Below, in pieces: positions 18,989 through 27,560 of a DNA stretch of 64,000 nt. The DNA comes from Candidatus Woesearchaeota archaeon (GTDB taxonomy: Archaea; Nanobdellota; Nanobdellia; Woesearchaeales; UBA10216). Position 1 is the stretch's first letter. Each line of letters starts with the position of its first letter. Location of the stretch: positions 83,582 to 147,581 of the forward strand of contig JACPBX010000003.1 of NCBI GenBank assembly GCA_016180085.1, in the 5' to 3' direction. The notes beneath the pieces are model-generated. The model was not told the DNA's origin. It did no database searches and worked only from the letters and a program-made list of their open reading frames with translations. The position numbers were made by a program, and so were the translations under genes.

Positions 18989-21283
18989 TCAGCCGGCGTT
19001 ATCCCGCAGCCAGGCGGCTGTCCTCAGCAGCCCTGCTTTGAGGCTGACCTTGGGTGAATAGCCAACCTCATTCTTAATCTTGGAAAGGTCAGGGCATCTT
19101 CTCCTTGGCTCGTCCTGCGGATAGTTTGCAGGGTAGCTTATCAGCTTTACGTGGACTTTGTTGCTGAAGACCTCTCCGGCTATTGTTTCTGCAAGGGCAA
19201 GCATGTTGATTTCCTCAGCGTCATTGCCAACATTGTAGACCTGGCCAGCCCTCCCGAGGAGCAGGACCTTGAAAAAGCCTGTGACTGCATCTGTTATGTA
19301 GCAGAATGCCCTTGTCTGGTTGCCCTTGTCATAAACAGTCAGCTCCCTGCCCTGAAGTCCCAGGCTCAGCATTGTTGGTATTACCCTGTAATCCGTGCTT
19401 TTCATGCCGGGGCCGTAAACGTTAAACGGCCTGACAATCCTTGCCGGGGTTTTGTGGACGCTGTAATGGGCCATGCACATTGTTTCCCCCATGCGCTTTG
19501 ATTCGTCATAGCAGGACCTCTCGCCGATTGAGGAAACATTGCCTTTGTACGTTTCCGGAGTTGGGATAAAGTTCGGGTCAGGGTCTCCGTAAATCTCGCT
19601 TGAGCTGAAGTACAGGAGGGCATTCACTTTTTTCTGCCCGGCCAGCTCAAGCGCGTTTTTAACCCCAAATATGGTTCCTTCTATTGTTTCTATGGGGTAG
19701 CGCTTGTAATATATGGGTGAGGCGACTCCTGCAGCACTGATTATGTAGTCTATGGGCTCCTCAATGGCAGCAGGAAATCTGACATCGTGCTTTACAAACT
19801 TTATGTGCTTGCTGTTGATTTCCTTCAGCATGTTGTTCCTGGAGTTCTGGCCTGTGATGTGGATGTCCAGGGAGATGACTTTGCACGGCTTCGCAAGAAA
19901 CTTTCTGTTGAGGAGGTCAATTGTGGCAACAATGCAGCTGCCTATAAAGCCAGAGCCCCCTGTAATCAGGACAGTGCTTCCTTCGAGCATGCCAAGCATC
20001 CTGGCATCTTCCTTTATTGCCCCTGCAATTGTATCCAGGTCCTGCTCGACAATGCCATTGATAACCTGCGGCTCCGGAACAGGAATGATAAAGTTGCTGA
20101 AATCAGCGCACTTCTTCATTATCGGCTCGGCAAAGTTCCAGGCAAGTATGAGGATGTAGTCCGGCCTGTGCTTGTAAAGCTCGTCGAACGCAACAACAGG
20201 AATGTGCGTGCCCGGGGTGTGCATGCCCTGTTTCCACGGGCTGTCGTCAACAATGTAGTCAAGCACTTCGGGGCCAATCTGGAAATAATTGAGAAGCGTG
20301 TTGCCTTTTGCAGGTGCCCCATAGCCTACAATCTTCTTGCTCCTGGACTTCAGCTCTTTCAGCAGCTCTTTCAGTTTTACCTTGTTCTGCTCAATCTTCT
20401 TCGCGAACTCAGCGTACGTTGCCGCTTTTGAAAGGTGCCTGGCATCTTCCATTTCCGTGAACTTTCCCACAGATTCCTCAATCTTGTATGGGCCGCCGGA
20501 TTTCTGGGCGAACACCCTGAGAGAGCCGCCATGGGTGTCTGTTTCAGAAACATCAAACACCTCCATGCCAAGGCGGTGCAGCAATTTTGAGGCTGTCTTT
20601 GCAGTGAAATACGAGAGGTGCTCATGATAGATTAGGTCAAACAGGTTTTTTTCCAGCAGCTCGTAAAGGTAGTAGACCTCAATGATAAAAACGCCGTCGT
20701 CAGCAAGAAGCTCCTTTACGCCGCTGACAAAGCCATCAAGGTCATCAACGTGGGAGAAGACGCTCGTTGCTGTTATGGCTTTTGCCTTGCCATACTTTCT
20801 GGCAATGTCCTTGGCAATTATGGGTGTGAAAAAAACAGGCAATGTCTCGATGCCGCTTTTGGTTGCCATTGCAGCTATCTTCTCTGCCGGGTCAATGCCC
20901 AGAACCTTCATTCCCTTCTCTTTGAACGGGCGAAGCAATACCCCGTCGTTGCTGCCAACATCAACTACAAGGGAACTTGGCTTCAGCTTGAAGCGCTTAA
21001 TAACCGTGTCTGCGAGGTCCCTGAAATGCTGCACAAAGACCGGGGAGGTTGAGGAAACGTAAACATAATCCCTGAAGAGGAGCTCTGGGGAAACAACGCT
21101 GGTAAGCTGGACAAAGCCGCAGTCGCTGCAGAAGGAAAGCCCAAGGGGGAAAAACTGCTCACTATCAGTCGGGCTCTTGATGAAGGCGTTGGCAGGCGGG
21201 GTGGAGCCCAAAGACAGCACATTAGCCAGCTTCCTGCCTGTGCATACCCTGCAGAATGTTTTTTCCTGTACAGATTCAGCCAT
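18989..21283 (-). CDS. Fusion: NDP-sugar C-methyltransferase + UDP-glucuronate decarboxylase (UXS)-like SDR
   Basis: N-half has CRVC/CSDC, VDVGSNDG, YHEHLSYF, YGAPAKGNTLL and LAWNF. C-half has ITGGSGFIG, SSSEIYGDP, RSCYDESKR and DEPRRRCPD. One continuous frame. Confidence 0.85.
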   Translation of the reverse strand: MAESVQEKTFCRVCTGRKLANVLSLGSTPPANAFIKSPTDSEQFFPLGLSFCSDCGFVQLTSVVSPELLFRDYVYVSSTSPVFVQHFRDLADTVIKRFKLKPSSLVVDVGSNDGVLLRPFKEKGMKVLGIDPAEKIAAMATKSGIETLPVFFTPIIAKDIARKYGKAKAITATSVFSHVDDLDGFVSGVKELLADDGVFIIEVYYLYELLEKNLFDLIYHEHLSYFTAKTASKLLHRLGMEVFDVSETDTHGGSLRVFAQKSGGPYKIEESVGKFTEMEDARHLSKAATYAEFAKKIEQNKVKLKELLKELKSRSKKIVGYGAPAKGNTLLNYFQIGPEVLDYIVDDSPWKQGMHTPGTHIPVVAFDELYKHRPDYILILAWNFAEPIMKKCADFSNFIIPVPEPQVINGIVEQDLDTIAGAIKEDARMLGMLEGSTVLITGGSGFIGSCIVATIDLLNRKFLAKPCKVISLDIHITGQNSRNNMLKEINSKHIKFVKHDVRFPAAIEEPIDYIISAAGVASPIYYKRYPIETIEGTIFGVKNALELAGQKKVNALLYFSSSEIYGDPDPNFIPTPETYKGNVSSIGERSCYDESKRMGETMCMAHYSVHKTPARIVRPFNVYGPGMKSTDYRVIPTMLSLGLQGRELTVYDKGNQTRAFCYITDAVTGFFKVLLLGRAGQVYNVGNDAEEINMLALAETIAGEVFSNKVHVKLISYPANYPQDEPRRRCPDLSKIKNEVGYSPKVSLKAGLLRTAAWLRDNAG

Positions 21284-21329
21284 AAAAAACACCAGACCTT
21301 GCCAATTGCGTATTGCGCGTTATAGCGTG

Positions 21330-21722
21330 CTATATCAGCCTTACCCTGACAGTGTCTTCCTCATAAGCCCGCTGCGACCTTGACTCGGTGGCGAGAGCCA
21401 GAAAAACAGAGTCCTCAACGAACCTCATGGCATGCACAGTCATGGGATGGCTTAGGACCATGTCGCCGGCCTCAATCACCACTGACTCCTTCTTGCCCTT
21501 GAGATTTCCATTGCTGTCAACCGGCTGCTCGGTGTACTCCATTTTGCCTGACAGGAGGTATGCGTAATGCCAGTCCTTCTTGTGGTAGTGGTTTGCGCGG
21601 ACAGAGCCTTTCCTGCAGGTTATGAGCAGCACGCTTCTTATCACGGTTTTGCCGTCATCCAGTATTTTGGAAATTTCCCCCCTTTCGTCAGCAAACTCAG
21701 GCCTGATTCTGAACACTTCCAA
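21330..21722 (-). CDS. Cupin-fold sugar epimerase/isomerase (RmlC/FdtA/WxcM-like)
   Basis: RANHYHK and HPMTVHAM cupin motifs. TTG start with GGTGAG RBS and TTTAAATA TATA at 21764-21757. Confidence 0.7.
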   Translation of the reverse strand: MEVFRIRPEFADERGEISKILDDGKTVIRSVLLITCRKGSVRANHYHKKDWHYAYLLSGKMEYTEQPVDSNGNLKGKKESVVIEAGDMVLSHPMTVHAMRFVEDSVFLALATESRSQRAYEEDTVRVRLI

Positions 21723-21781
21723 CGCAGCTCACCGAATCTGGCAGAAAAGCAGGGCGTATTTAAAGTTTTGCGAATTTAAGG

Positions 21782-21921
21782 CTCTGTCCTGAATCTTCAG
21801 TTTTGCGTGCTGCCGTGGTGTTTAGCAACACTCCCTTTCTCCCTCCTTCGCCTAAGCGTGGAGGGAGGAAAGTGACCTTGCGTAGCAAGGCACGGTAGCT
21901 AAAACGACTTTTAGGACAGAG
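21782..21921. other. Structured intergenic element (four-way-junction fold; ncRNA or REP-like element)
   Basis: Outer stems: CTCTGTCCT 21782-21790 / AGGACAGAG 21913-21921; GTTTT / AAAAC; GCTGCCGTG 21809-21817 / CACGGTAGC 21891-21899. They enclose hairpins GTGTT-TAGC-AACAC, CTTTC-TCCCTCC..CGC-CTAA-GCG..GGAGGGA-GAAAG and CCTTGC-GTA-GCAAGG. Confidence 0.7.
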
Positions 21922-21928
21922 TCCGAAT

Positions 21929-22645
21929 CTAATCGAAGAATCTATATTTCAGCAGGTACCAGATGCTGATTAAGCCGTCCTTCATGCCGATTTTCTTTCC
22001 TGCGCCATACCCTCGGTGGCGGAAGTGGATGGGGACTTCAACAAACACCTTTCCCTTCTTTTTCAGCTTAATCATCATTTCAAGGTCAAAAACAAAGCGG
22101 TTGGCCTTCATGCTGACTTCTTTTAAGTCGCTGAGCCGCATGAGCTTGTAGCACGGGTAAATGTCGGTCAGGTTATGGCTGAAGAGGAAATTCCAAAGCC
22201 ACTTTATGGCCATGTTGCCGACGTAGTTCATGAAAAGGACGTTCTTTCTTTTGCCGAAAAGGTGCTGCTTCCTGCCCAGGAAGCGGGAGCCTATGACGAC
22301 ATCGGCAAGGCCTGATTCCATCAGTGGCAGCATATACCTGAAATCAGCAGGCTCGTATTCCAAATCGGCATCGTGGAAGACAATGTAATCGCCAGTGGCA
22401 TGCTTTATGCCTTCTTTCAGGGCTGCGCCCTTGCCCGTGTTTCTTTGCAGAAAAACAGCCTTGACCCCATGAATTTTCCTTATCAGGTCAGAAGTCCCGT
22501 CACTGGAGCCATCGTCAACGACAATTATTTCCCTGCCGTAATCGCCTATGTCAACCCCTTTGGTGTGCTCGACTGCCTCAACAATGGTGTTCCTTTCATT
22601 GTATGCGGGAATGACTATGGACAATTTTTTTTGCGATTCTGCCAT
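21929..22645 (-). CDS. GT2 glycosyltransferase (DPM1-like)
   Basis: IPAYNE, DDGSSDG, GKGAA, DADLEY, GSRF. Confidence 0.9.
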   Translation of the reverse strand: MAESQKKLSIVIPAYNERNTIVEAVEHTKGVDIGDYGREIIVVDDGSSDGTSDLIRKIHGVKAVFLQRNTGKGAALKEGIKHATGDYIVFHDADLEYEPADFRYMLPLMESGLADVVIGSRFLGRKQHLFGKRKNVLFMNYVGNMAIKWLWNFLFSHNLTDIYPCYKLMRLSDLKEVSMKANRFVFDLEMMIKLKKKGKVFVEVPIHFRHRGYGAGKKIGMKDGLISIWYLLKYRFFD

Positions 22646-22852
22646 TGGAAGCCAGCCGCAGACCGAGATTTATAAAGTTTACTTCAGCCTCAACATGTTC
22701 AAAGCATTAAGTTTATAAAAACTTCAGGCTGCACGTGCAGGAATGGGAAAAGTCAAACTGGCAGCTGCCCTGCTGTGGATGATAGCAATATTTCTGGCAT
22801 ACTACTGGCTGAAAACATCTGAAATAATAGCCTTTTATCTGGGGGGATAAGC

Positions 22853-24766
22853 GTGGCTCTGCTGGTTATGGCCCTAAGCCTTCTGATGCTTGCTGTCTTT
22901 CTCACGGTAGCTTTTGCCTCTGGCCGGAAGCTGCTTGCATTGTTCCGGGCCGATTTCAATTTTAGCAAGGCCGAGGAATTCTTAATCAGCGTTGCCCTGG
23001 GGGCAGGGCTCCTGATGAACGCCACAATCCTGCTCGGAGTTTTTAAGGTTCTGTACAAGGAAGCCTACATCTTAATAGCTCTGGCAGTTTTGGTGCTGTG
23101 CTTCAGGGAGGTAAGGCGCCTCTGGCAGCTGGCAATGTCTTTTGCCATTCATTTGAGGCAGGTGCTGAAGCCAATGAAGCCAAGCGTTGCAGGGTTCCTG
23201 ACATTGTCCTTCCTGTTCTTTGCGCTGATAAACTTCATACCTGCACTGACTCCTGCTTACGAGTTTGACTCGATGGGTTACCACATGGCGTTTGCAAAGG
23301 TGTATGCCGGCAGCCACAGCCTTGTTTACCAGCCAAGCCAGTTCTACAGCACCATGCCGCAGGGCATGACCATGCTTTATACGATATCAGAGCTTTTCTC
23401 AGCGCCAAACCTTTCCCCTCTCATAGCTTACTCGTTCGGCATCCTTGCAAGCCTTGCCATATATGCGCTTGTCAGGAAAAACCATTCGGAAACAGCGGCA
23501 ACAGCAGGGGCGCTGCTGTTTTTCACAATGCCTGCCGTGATTGAAAGGCTGCCGCAAACAATGGTTGACATAAGCGTTGCATACTTCTTCCTGGCTGCAG
23601 TAATTGTCCTTTTCAAGTATGCCAGCGAAACCGATAACCGGAAGAGAATTCTGCTGGTGCTGCTGTGCGGCGCGCTGGTGGGGTTAGCAGCATCCATAAA
23701 GCTTACAGGCTTTTTTGTGGCTGCTGCCTTTGTTATTGGAATGGTGCTGTCACGACTCCTGTACGGGAAGGAAGTCGGATTAAAAGAAAAATCAATCCGA
23801 ACAGCTGTTGAAATTGCCGTATTCCTTGCTGTTGTGCTGCTGCTTGCAACCCCCTGGCTTGTAAGAAGCTATGCTTACACAGGCAACCCGGTTTACCCCC
23901 TGGCTTACGGCGTCTTCGGAGGGAAGTACCTTTTGCCCTCGCTTGGCACAGCGTATGAAACATATCACAGCAATGTCGGCCTTGATAAAAGCATTGCCAG
24001 CGTACTTCTTGTGCTTTGGAACATGACATTCAGAAGCGCGGCATTCGGCACAGTAATAGGCATCACGCCGTTTTTGATGATGCTCCTGCCTCTGGCAGCC
24101 CTGTTTTTCAAAGACATTGTGGACTTTAAGAAGTGGCTTGTGCTGTTTGCTATGGGTGCAGCCGTAATCATGATAACCTTTTTTGTTCACCCTGTGCTTA
24201 GGTACATGTTTGCCGGGCTTGCGCTTCTGAGCGCAGCGGCCGCATTAACGATGGAACCTATGCTGAGGCACAGGCTGCTAAAGGCAGCAATAGTCCTTAT
24301 GCTTGCCTTCTCGCTTGCGTTCAGCGCAGCCATATGGTATGGCATAAACGCAAAAAGCGTTTTATACATCGTTTCTGGGGAGAGCGAAAGCCAGTACTAC
24401 GGGAAGCTTACCGACCACAACGCCTATGGCGCAGCAGCATGGATAGCTTCCAACACACAGCCGGATGCAGTGGTGCTCCTGTTCAACGAGCCAAGAGGAT
24501 ACTTCCTTGACAGGGCGTATGTGGTCAGCTCGCCCTTCCAAAACTATATAGACTATTGGAGCATGAATGGCAGCGAAGGGCTGCTGGCAAGGCTGGAGGA
24601 GCTCAGGATAAGCCACATACTAATAAACGATGCGCTGCCTGACACGTACGGCAAGGCAGCCAACGGCACTCACGCCATTGAGCTCATGCGCAATCTCACA
24701 GAGGATGCTGGCAAGTCAGTGCAGGTTTACAATAAAAGCAATGTCAGGGTGTACGAGCTGAAATAA
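22853..24766 (+). CDS. GT-C (ArnT/PMT-like) membrane glycosyltransferase
   Basis: First-loop FDSMGYH, MVD, SIKLTG, PWLVRSY..TGNPVYP, LRY and C-terminal WIASNT. Confidence 0.75.
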   Translation: MALLVMALSLLMLAVFLTVAFASGRKLLALFRADFNFSKAEEFLISVALGAGLLMNATILLGVFKVLYKEAYILIALAVLVLCFREVRRLWQLAMSFAIHLRQVLKPMKPSVAGFLTLSFLFFALINFIPALTPAYEFDSMGYHMAFAKVYAGSHSLVYQPSQFYSTMPQGMTMLYTISELFSAPNLSPLIAYSFGILASLAIYALVRKNHSETAATAGALLFFTMPAVIERLPQTMVDISVAYFFLAAVIVLFKYASETDNRKRILLVLLCGALVGLAASIKLTGFFVAAAFVIGMVLSRLLYGKEVGLKEKSIRTAVEIAVFLAVVLLLATPWLVRSYAYTGNPVYPLAYGVFGGKYLLPSLGTAYETYHSNVGLDKSIASVLLVLWNMTFRSAAFGTVIGITPFLMMLLPLAALFFKDIVDFKKWLVLFAMGAAVIMITFFVHPVLRYMFAGLALLSAAAALTMEPMLRHRLLKAAIVLMLAFSLAFSAAIWYGINAKSVLYIVSGESESQYYGKLTDHNAYGAAAWIASNTQPDAVVLLFNEPRGYFLDRAYVVSSPFQNYIDYWSMNGSEGLLARLEELRISHILINDALPDTYGKAANGTHAIELMRNLTEDAGKSVQVYNKSNVRVYELK

Positions 24767-24767
24767 A

Positions 24768-25121
24768 ATGAACGCAATAGCCATTTTCCTCATGCTTCTG
24801 TTCACTGTGTTCTCAACAGCTGGCCAGTACTTCTACAAGCTTGGCGCAAGCTCACTGAGCCTTGAGCCTCTGGCTCTTATCACGAACTACCCTGTCATTA
24901 TTGGCTTGTTTTTTTACTTTGTTGCGGCAGTGCTGCTCACGTATGCTTTGAAGAAGGCCGAGCTTTCAGTGGTTTATCCTTTTATAGGCATGGGCTATGT
25001 CTGGGTTGCTTTGCTGGCGTTCTTCTTTTTCGGCGAGCAGCTCATGCTGGTTAACTGGCTGGGCATCGGCCTTATAGTGGCTGGCGTCAGCTTTGTCGGT
25101 TATGGTGCTGAGCATGGTTAG
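24768..25121 (+). CDS. EamA/SMR-like 4-TM transporter (ArnE/ArnF-like flippase subunit candidate)
   Basis: Four TM segments, GQYFYK, ELSVVYP, FFGE. Confidence 0.7.
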   Translation: MNAIAIFLMLLFTVFSTAGQYFYKLGASSLSLEPLALITNYPVIIGLFFYFVAAVLLTYALKKAELSVVYPFIGMGYVWVALLAFFFFGEQLMLVNWLGIGLIVAGVSFVGYGAEHG

Positions 25122-25485
25122 CGAGCTTATCGTTGCAGGGATTGTGGCTGGCTTTACAGTTGTTGCGGCTTTTGGCGCCCTCTTTTTCAAGAGGGGCTCT
25201 GCAAAATTTGCATTGTCGCTTAATCCCCTGAAGCTTGCAGCCGGCATCCTGGGTAACACAAACCTCCTCATTGGCGTTTTTCTTTACGCAGCGCCCACCC
25301 CCGTTTACCTCTGGGCGCTGAAGAATGCAGACCTCTCGTTGATTTACCCTGTCAACTCGCTTACCTACATCTGGGTTTCCCTGCTTTCTGTCAGGTTTCT
25401 TGGCGAGAGGATGAACAGGTTCAAGTGGCTCGGCGTTGCCTGCATAGTCCTTGGCGTAAGCATTCTGGCTTATTCGGCTGTTTGA
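25114..25485 (+). CDS. EamA/SMR-like 4-TM transporter, second subunit
   Basis: Paralog of the preceding gene (DLSLIYP, FLGE); the two genes overlap. Confidence 0.7.
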   Translation: MVSELIVAGIVAGFTVVAAFGALFFKRGSAKFALSLNPLKLAAGILGNTNLLIGVFLYAAPTPVYLWALKNADLSLIYPVNSLTYIWVSLLSVRFLGERMNRFKWLGVACIVLGVSILAYSAV

Positions 25486-25492
25486 ATCAGAA

Positions 25493-26509
25493 CTACTTCA
25501 GCCTTAATTCATGCATTCTTTTTATGTTGTGGTACATTGGGTTGTTCAGCGGGTCCTTGAGCAGACCTTTCCTGAATGCATCCGTGAGGGTTTCGATGGC
25601 ATCCTCAACAGTGTATCGGGCAGTGAAGCCGAGAGCCTTCAGTATCTTGTCTGAGTTTATGTGGTAGGACCTGTTGTCGTTGGTTGGCACAACTTCAAGC
25701 TCTACCTCTTTGCCGAGCGCCTTCTCAACAACCTTCTTTGCAAGCATCGCTATCTCTGTTACCTTCATGTTCTGGTAGCCCACGTTAAAGGTCTGGTGCC
25801 TCAGTTTTTCCCATGGAGCTGCAAGCAAAAGCTCGTATGCCCTTACCATGTCTTTGATGTTTATGTTGGGCCTTAGCTGGCTTCCGCCAAATATCTTTAT
25901 CTTTCTGTTAACAAGGGCGTTTATCGTAAGTATGTTGACCACAAGGTCCAGCCTGAGCCTTGGCGCATACCCGCACACTGTTGCCGGCCTTATCGTTACC
26001 CACTCAATGTCTTCCCCTTCCTCTTTCAGCACCTTCTCGCAGTCTGCCTTGTATTTTGAGTAGTCGGTCAGGGGCTCCAGCATGGCTTCTTCAACCACGT
26101 TCTTCTCTGATTTCAGTCCGTAAACGCTGGAAGTGCTTGCATAAATCAGCCTTTTGGCTCTGTTAACCCTTGCTGCCTCAACTACGTTATAGAATGCGTC
26201 GAAGTTGATTGACTTTCCAAGTTCAGGATTGAGCTCGAAGCTTGGGTCGTTGGAGATGCACGCGAGGTGGATTATTGCATCACAATCTTTTGCTGCCGCC
26301 ACTATTTTTTCTTTTTCCCTTATGTCGCCTTTTATCTCGGTCAGCTTTTTGTCTTTAATGCCCTTAAACACATCGCCGTAGATGTAGAGGTCGTAAACAA
26401 CAACCTCATAGCCTTTTGCCAGGAGGCTTGGCACGAGCGCTGAGCCGACGTAGCCGGCACCGCCAGTGATGAATACTTTTTTTATGCCAGCATGGTTAAT
26501 GTTTACCAC
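25493..26509 (-). CDS. NAD-dependent epimerase/dehydratase (extended SDR)
   Basis: ITGGAGYVG, ASTSSVYG, YSKYK, TVCG..PRLRLDL. Likely GTG start at 26509, overlapping the upstream stop. Confidence 0.85.
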   Translation of the reverse strand: MVNINHAGIKKVFITGGAGYVGSALVPSLLAKGYEVVVYDLYIYGDVFKGIKDKKLTEIKGDIREKEKIVAAAKDCDAIIHLACISNDPSFELNPELGKSINFDAFYNVVEAARVNRAKRLIYASTSSVYGLKSEKNVVEEAMLEPLTDYSKYKADCEKVLKEEGEDIEWVTIRPATVCGYAPRLRLDLVVNILTINALVNRKIKIFGGSQLRPNINIKDMVRAYELLLAAPWEKLRHQTFNVGYQNMKVTEIAMLAKKVVEKALGKEVELEVVPTNDNRSYHINSDKILKALGFTARYTVEDAIETLTDAFRKGLLKDPLNNPMYHNIKRMHELRLK

Positions 26510-27560
26510 CTTTCTCCTTTCCCAGGTACTCGAACCATTTTTCGGTTGCCTGCCCGATTGATTTTTCGTCCCAAAGCGGAGCAGCTTTCCAGTAATCAAT
26601 GTTGTCAATCATAATCTTCACCCCTTCTTCAAATGAAACCTCAGGCTTCCACTTGAGCAGCTTTGTTGCCTTTGCTATGTCCGCGTGGGTGCTTTCAGGC
26701 TCACCCGGCCGTTTTGGAATGTGCATAGTCTTCCCGTCTTTTCCGCCTATGAGCTTTGCCAGGTAGTTCACTGACTGGGGTTTGCCTGTGCCTATGTTGA
26801 TTATCTCCCCAACCACATCGGATTCTGCAGCAATCAGCGTGGCTTTTGCAACGTCAGTTACGAATGTGAAGTCCCTTGTCTGGGTTCCGTCTCCGACTAT
26901 TGTCAGGGGCTTGCCGTGAAGCTTTTGCGCGAGGAACACTTTGAACACTGCCCCGTATGTGTCGTTTGTCCTCGCCCTTGTCCCATACACGTTAAAGTAC
27001 CTCAATGATATTACGGGGAGGCCGTAGAGCCTGTGCCAGAACATCGTGCAAAGCTCTCCAACGTACTTTGTGAACGCGTAAGGGTATTGCGGCCTTATCT
27101 CAGCAGTCTCGGGCGTAGGGTACTGGTCCGGTATGCCGTAGCATGACGACGACGCGGCATATATGAATTTTCTGGCGCCGTATTTTCTTGAAGCTTCCAG
27201 CGCCCGTATTGTGCCTGTGACGTTTGCCTCGTGGTACTTCAGGGGCTGTTCAATGGAAGGCACTATGTCTGCGAGCGCTGCCATGTGGAAGACGTAGGTT
27301 GCGTCCTTGAATGTTGAGTCGTTAAACTCCTTTGCGAGGTCTATCCTGTGGAACTCGTAGTCCGGATTGCCTTTGAACAGGTCGATGTTGTCCTGCTGGC
27401 CGTTGGACATGTCGTCTATGGCAATGACGTGGAAGCCCTTGCTGAGCAGCAGCTCCACCATGTGTGAGCCGATAAAGCCTGCGCCTCCTGTGACAACAGC
27501 TCTCTTTTTGTCCTTCTTCATAGGATTAGGATAACTGCGGGCTTTCTTAAAATTTTCCAT
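26496..27560 (-). CDS. NAD-dependent epimerase/dehydratase (WbpP/GalE-like)
   Basis: VTGGAGFIG, ASSSCYG, YAFTK, LRYFNVYG, GDGTQTRDF. TAATG coupling to gmhA. Confidence 0.9.
   Translation of the reverse strand: MENFKKARSYPNPMKKDKKRAVVTGGAGFIGSHMVELLLSKGFHVIAIDDMSNGQQDNIDLFKGNPDYEFHRIDLAKEFNDSTFKDATYVFHMAALADIVPSIEQPLKYHEANVTGTIRALEASRKYGARKFIYAASSSCYGIPDQYPTPETAEIRPQYPYAFTKYVGELCTMFWHRLYGLPVISLRYFNVYGTRARTNDTYGAVFKVFLAQKLHGKPLTIVGDGTQTRDFTFVTDVAKATLIAAESDVVGEIINIGTGKPQSVNYLAKLIGGKDGKTMHIPKRPGEPESTHADIAKATKLLKWKPEVSFEEGVKIMIDNIDYWKAAPLWDEKSIGQATEKWFEYLGKEKGGKH

Noticed and set aside
19787-20431. 214-aa plus-strand ORF across the methyltransferase-UXS junction
   Set aside because: Antisense shadow; it does not indicate a second gene or a frameshift.
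21782-21921. Possible tRNA, suggested by the cloverleaf topology
   Set aside because: 140 nt long, with no TTCRA T-loop, no D-loop GG, no 7-nt anticodon loop and no CCA. Kept only as an unclassified structured element.
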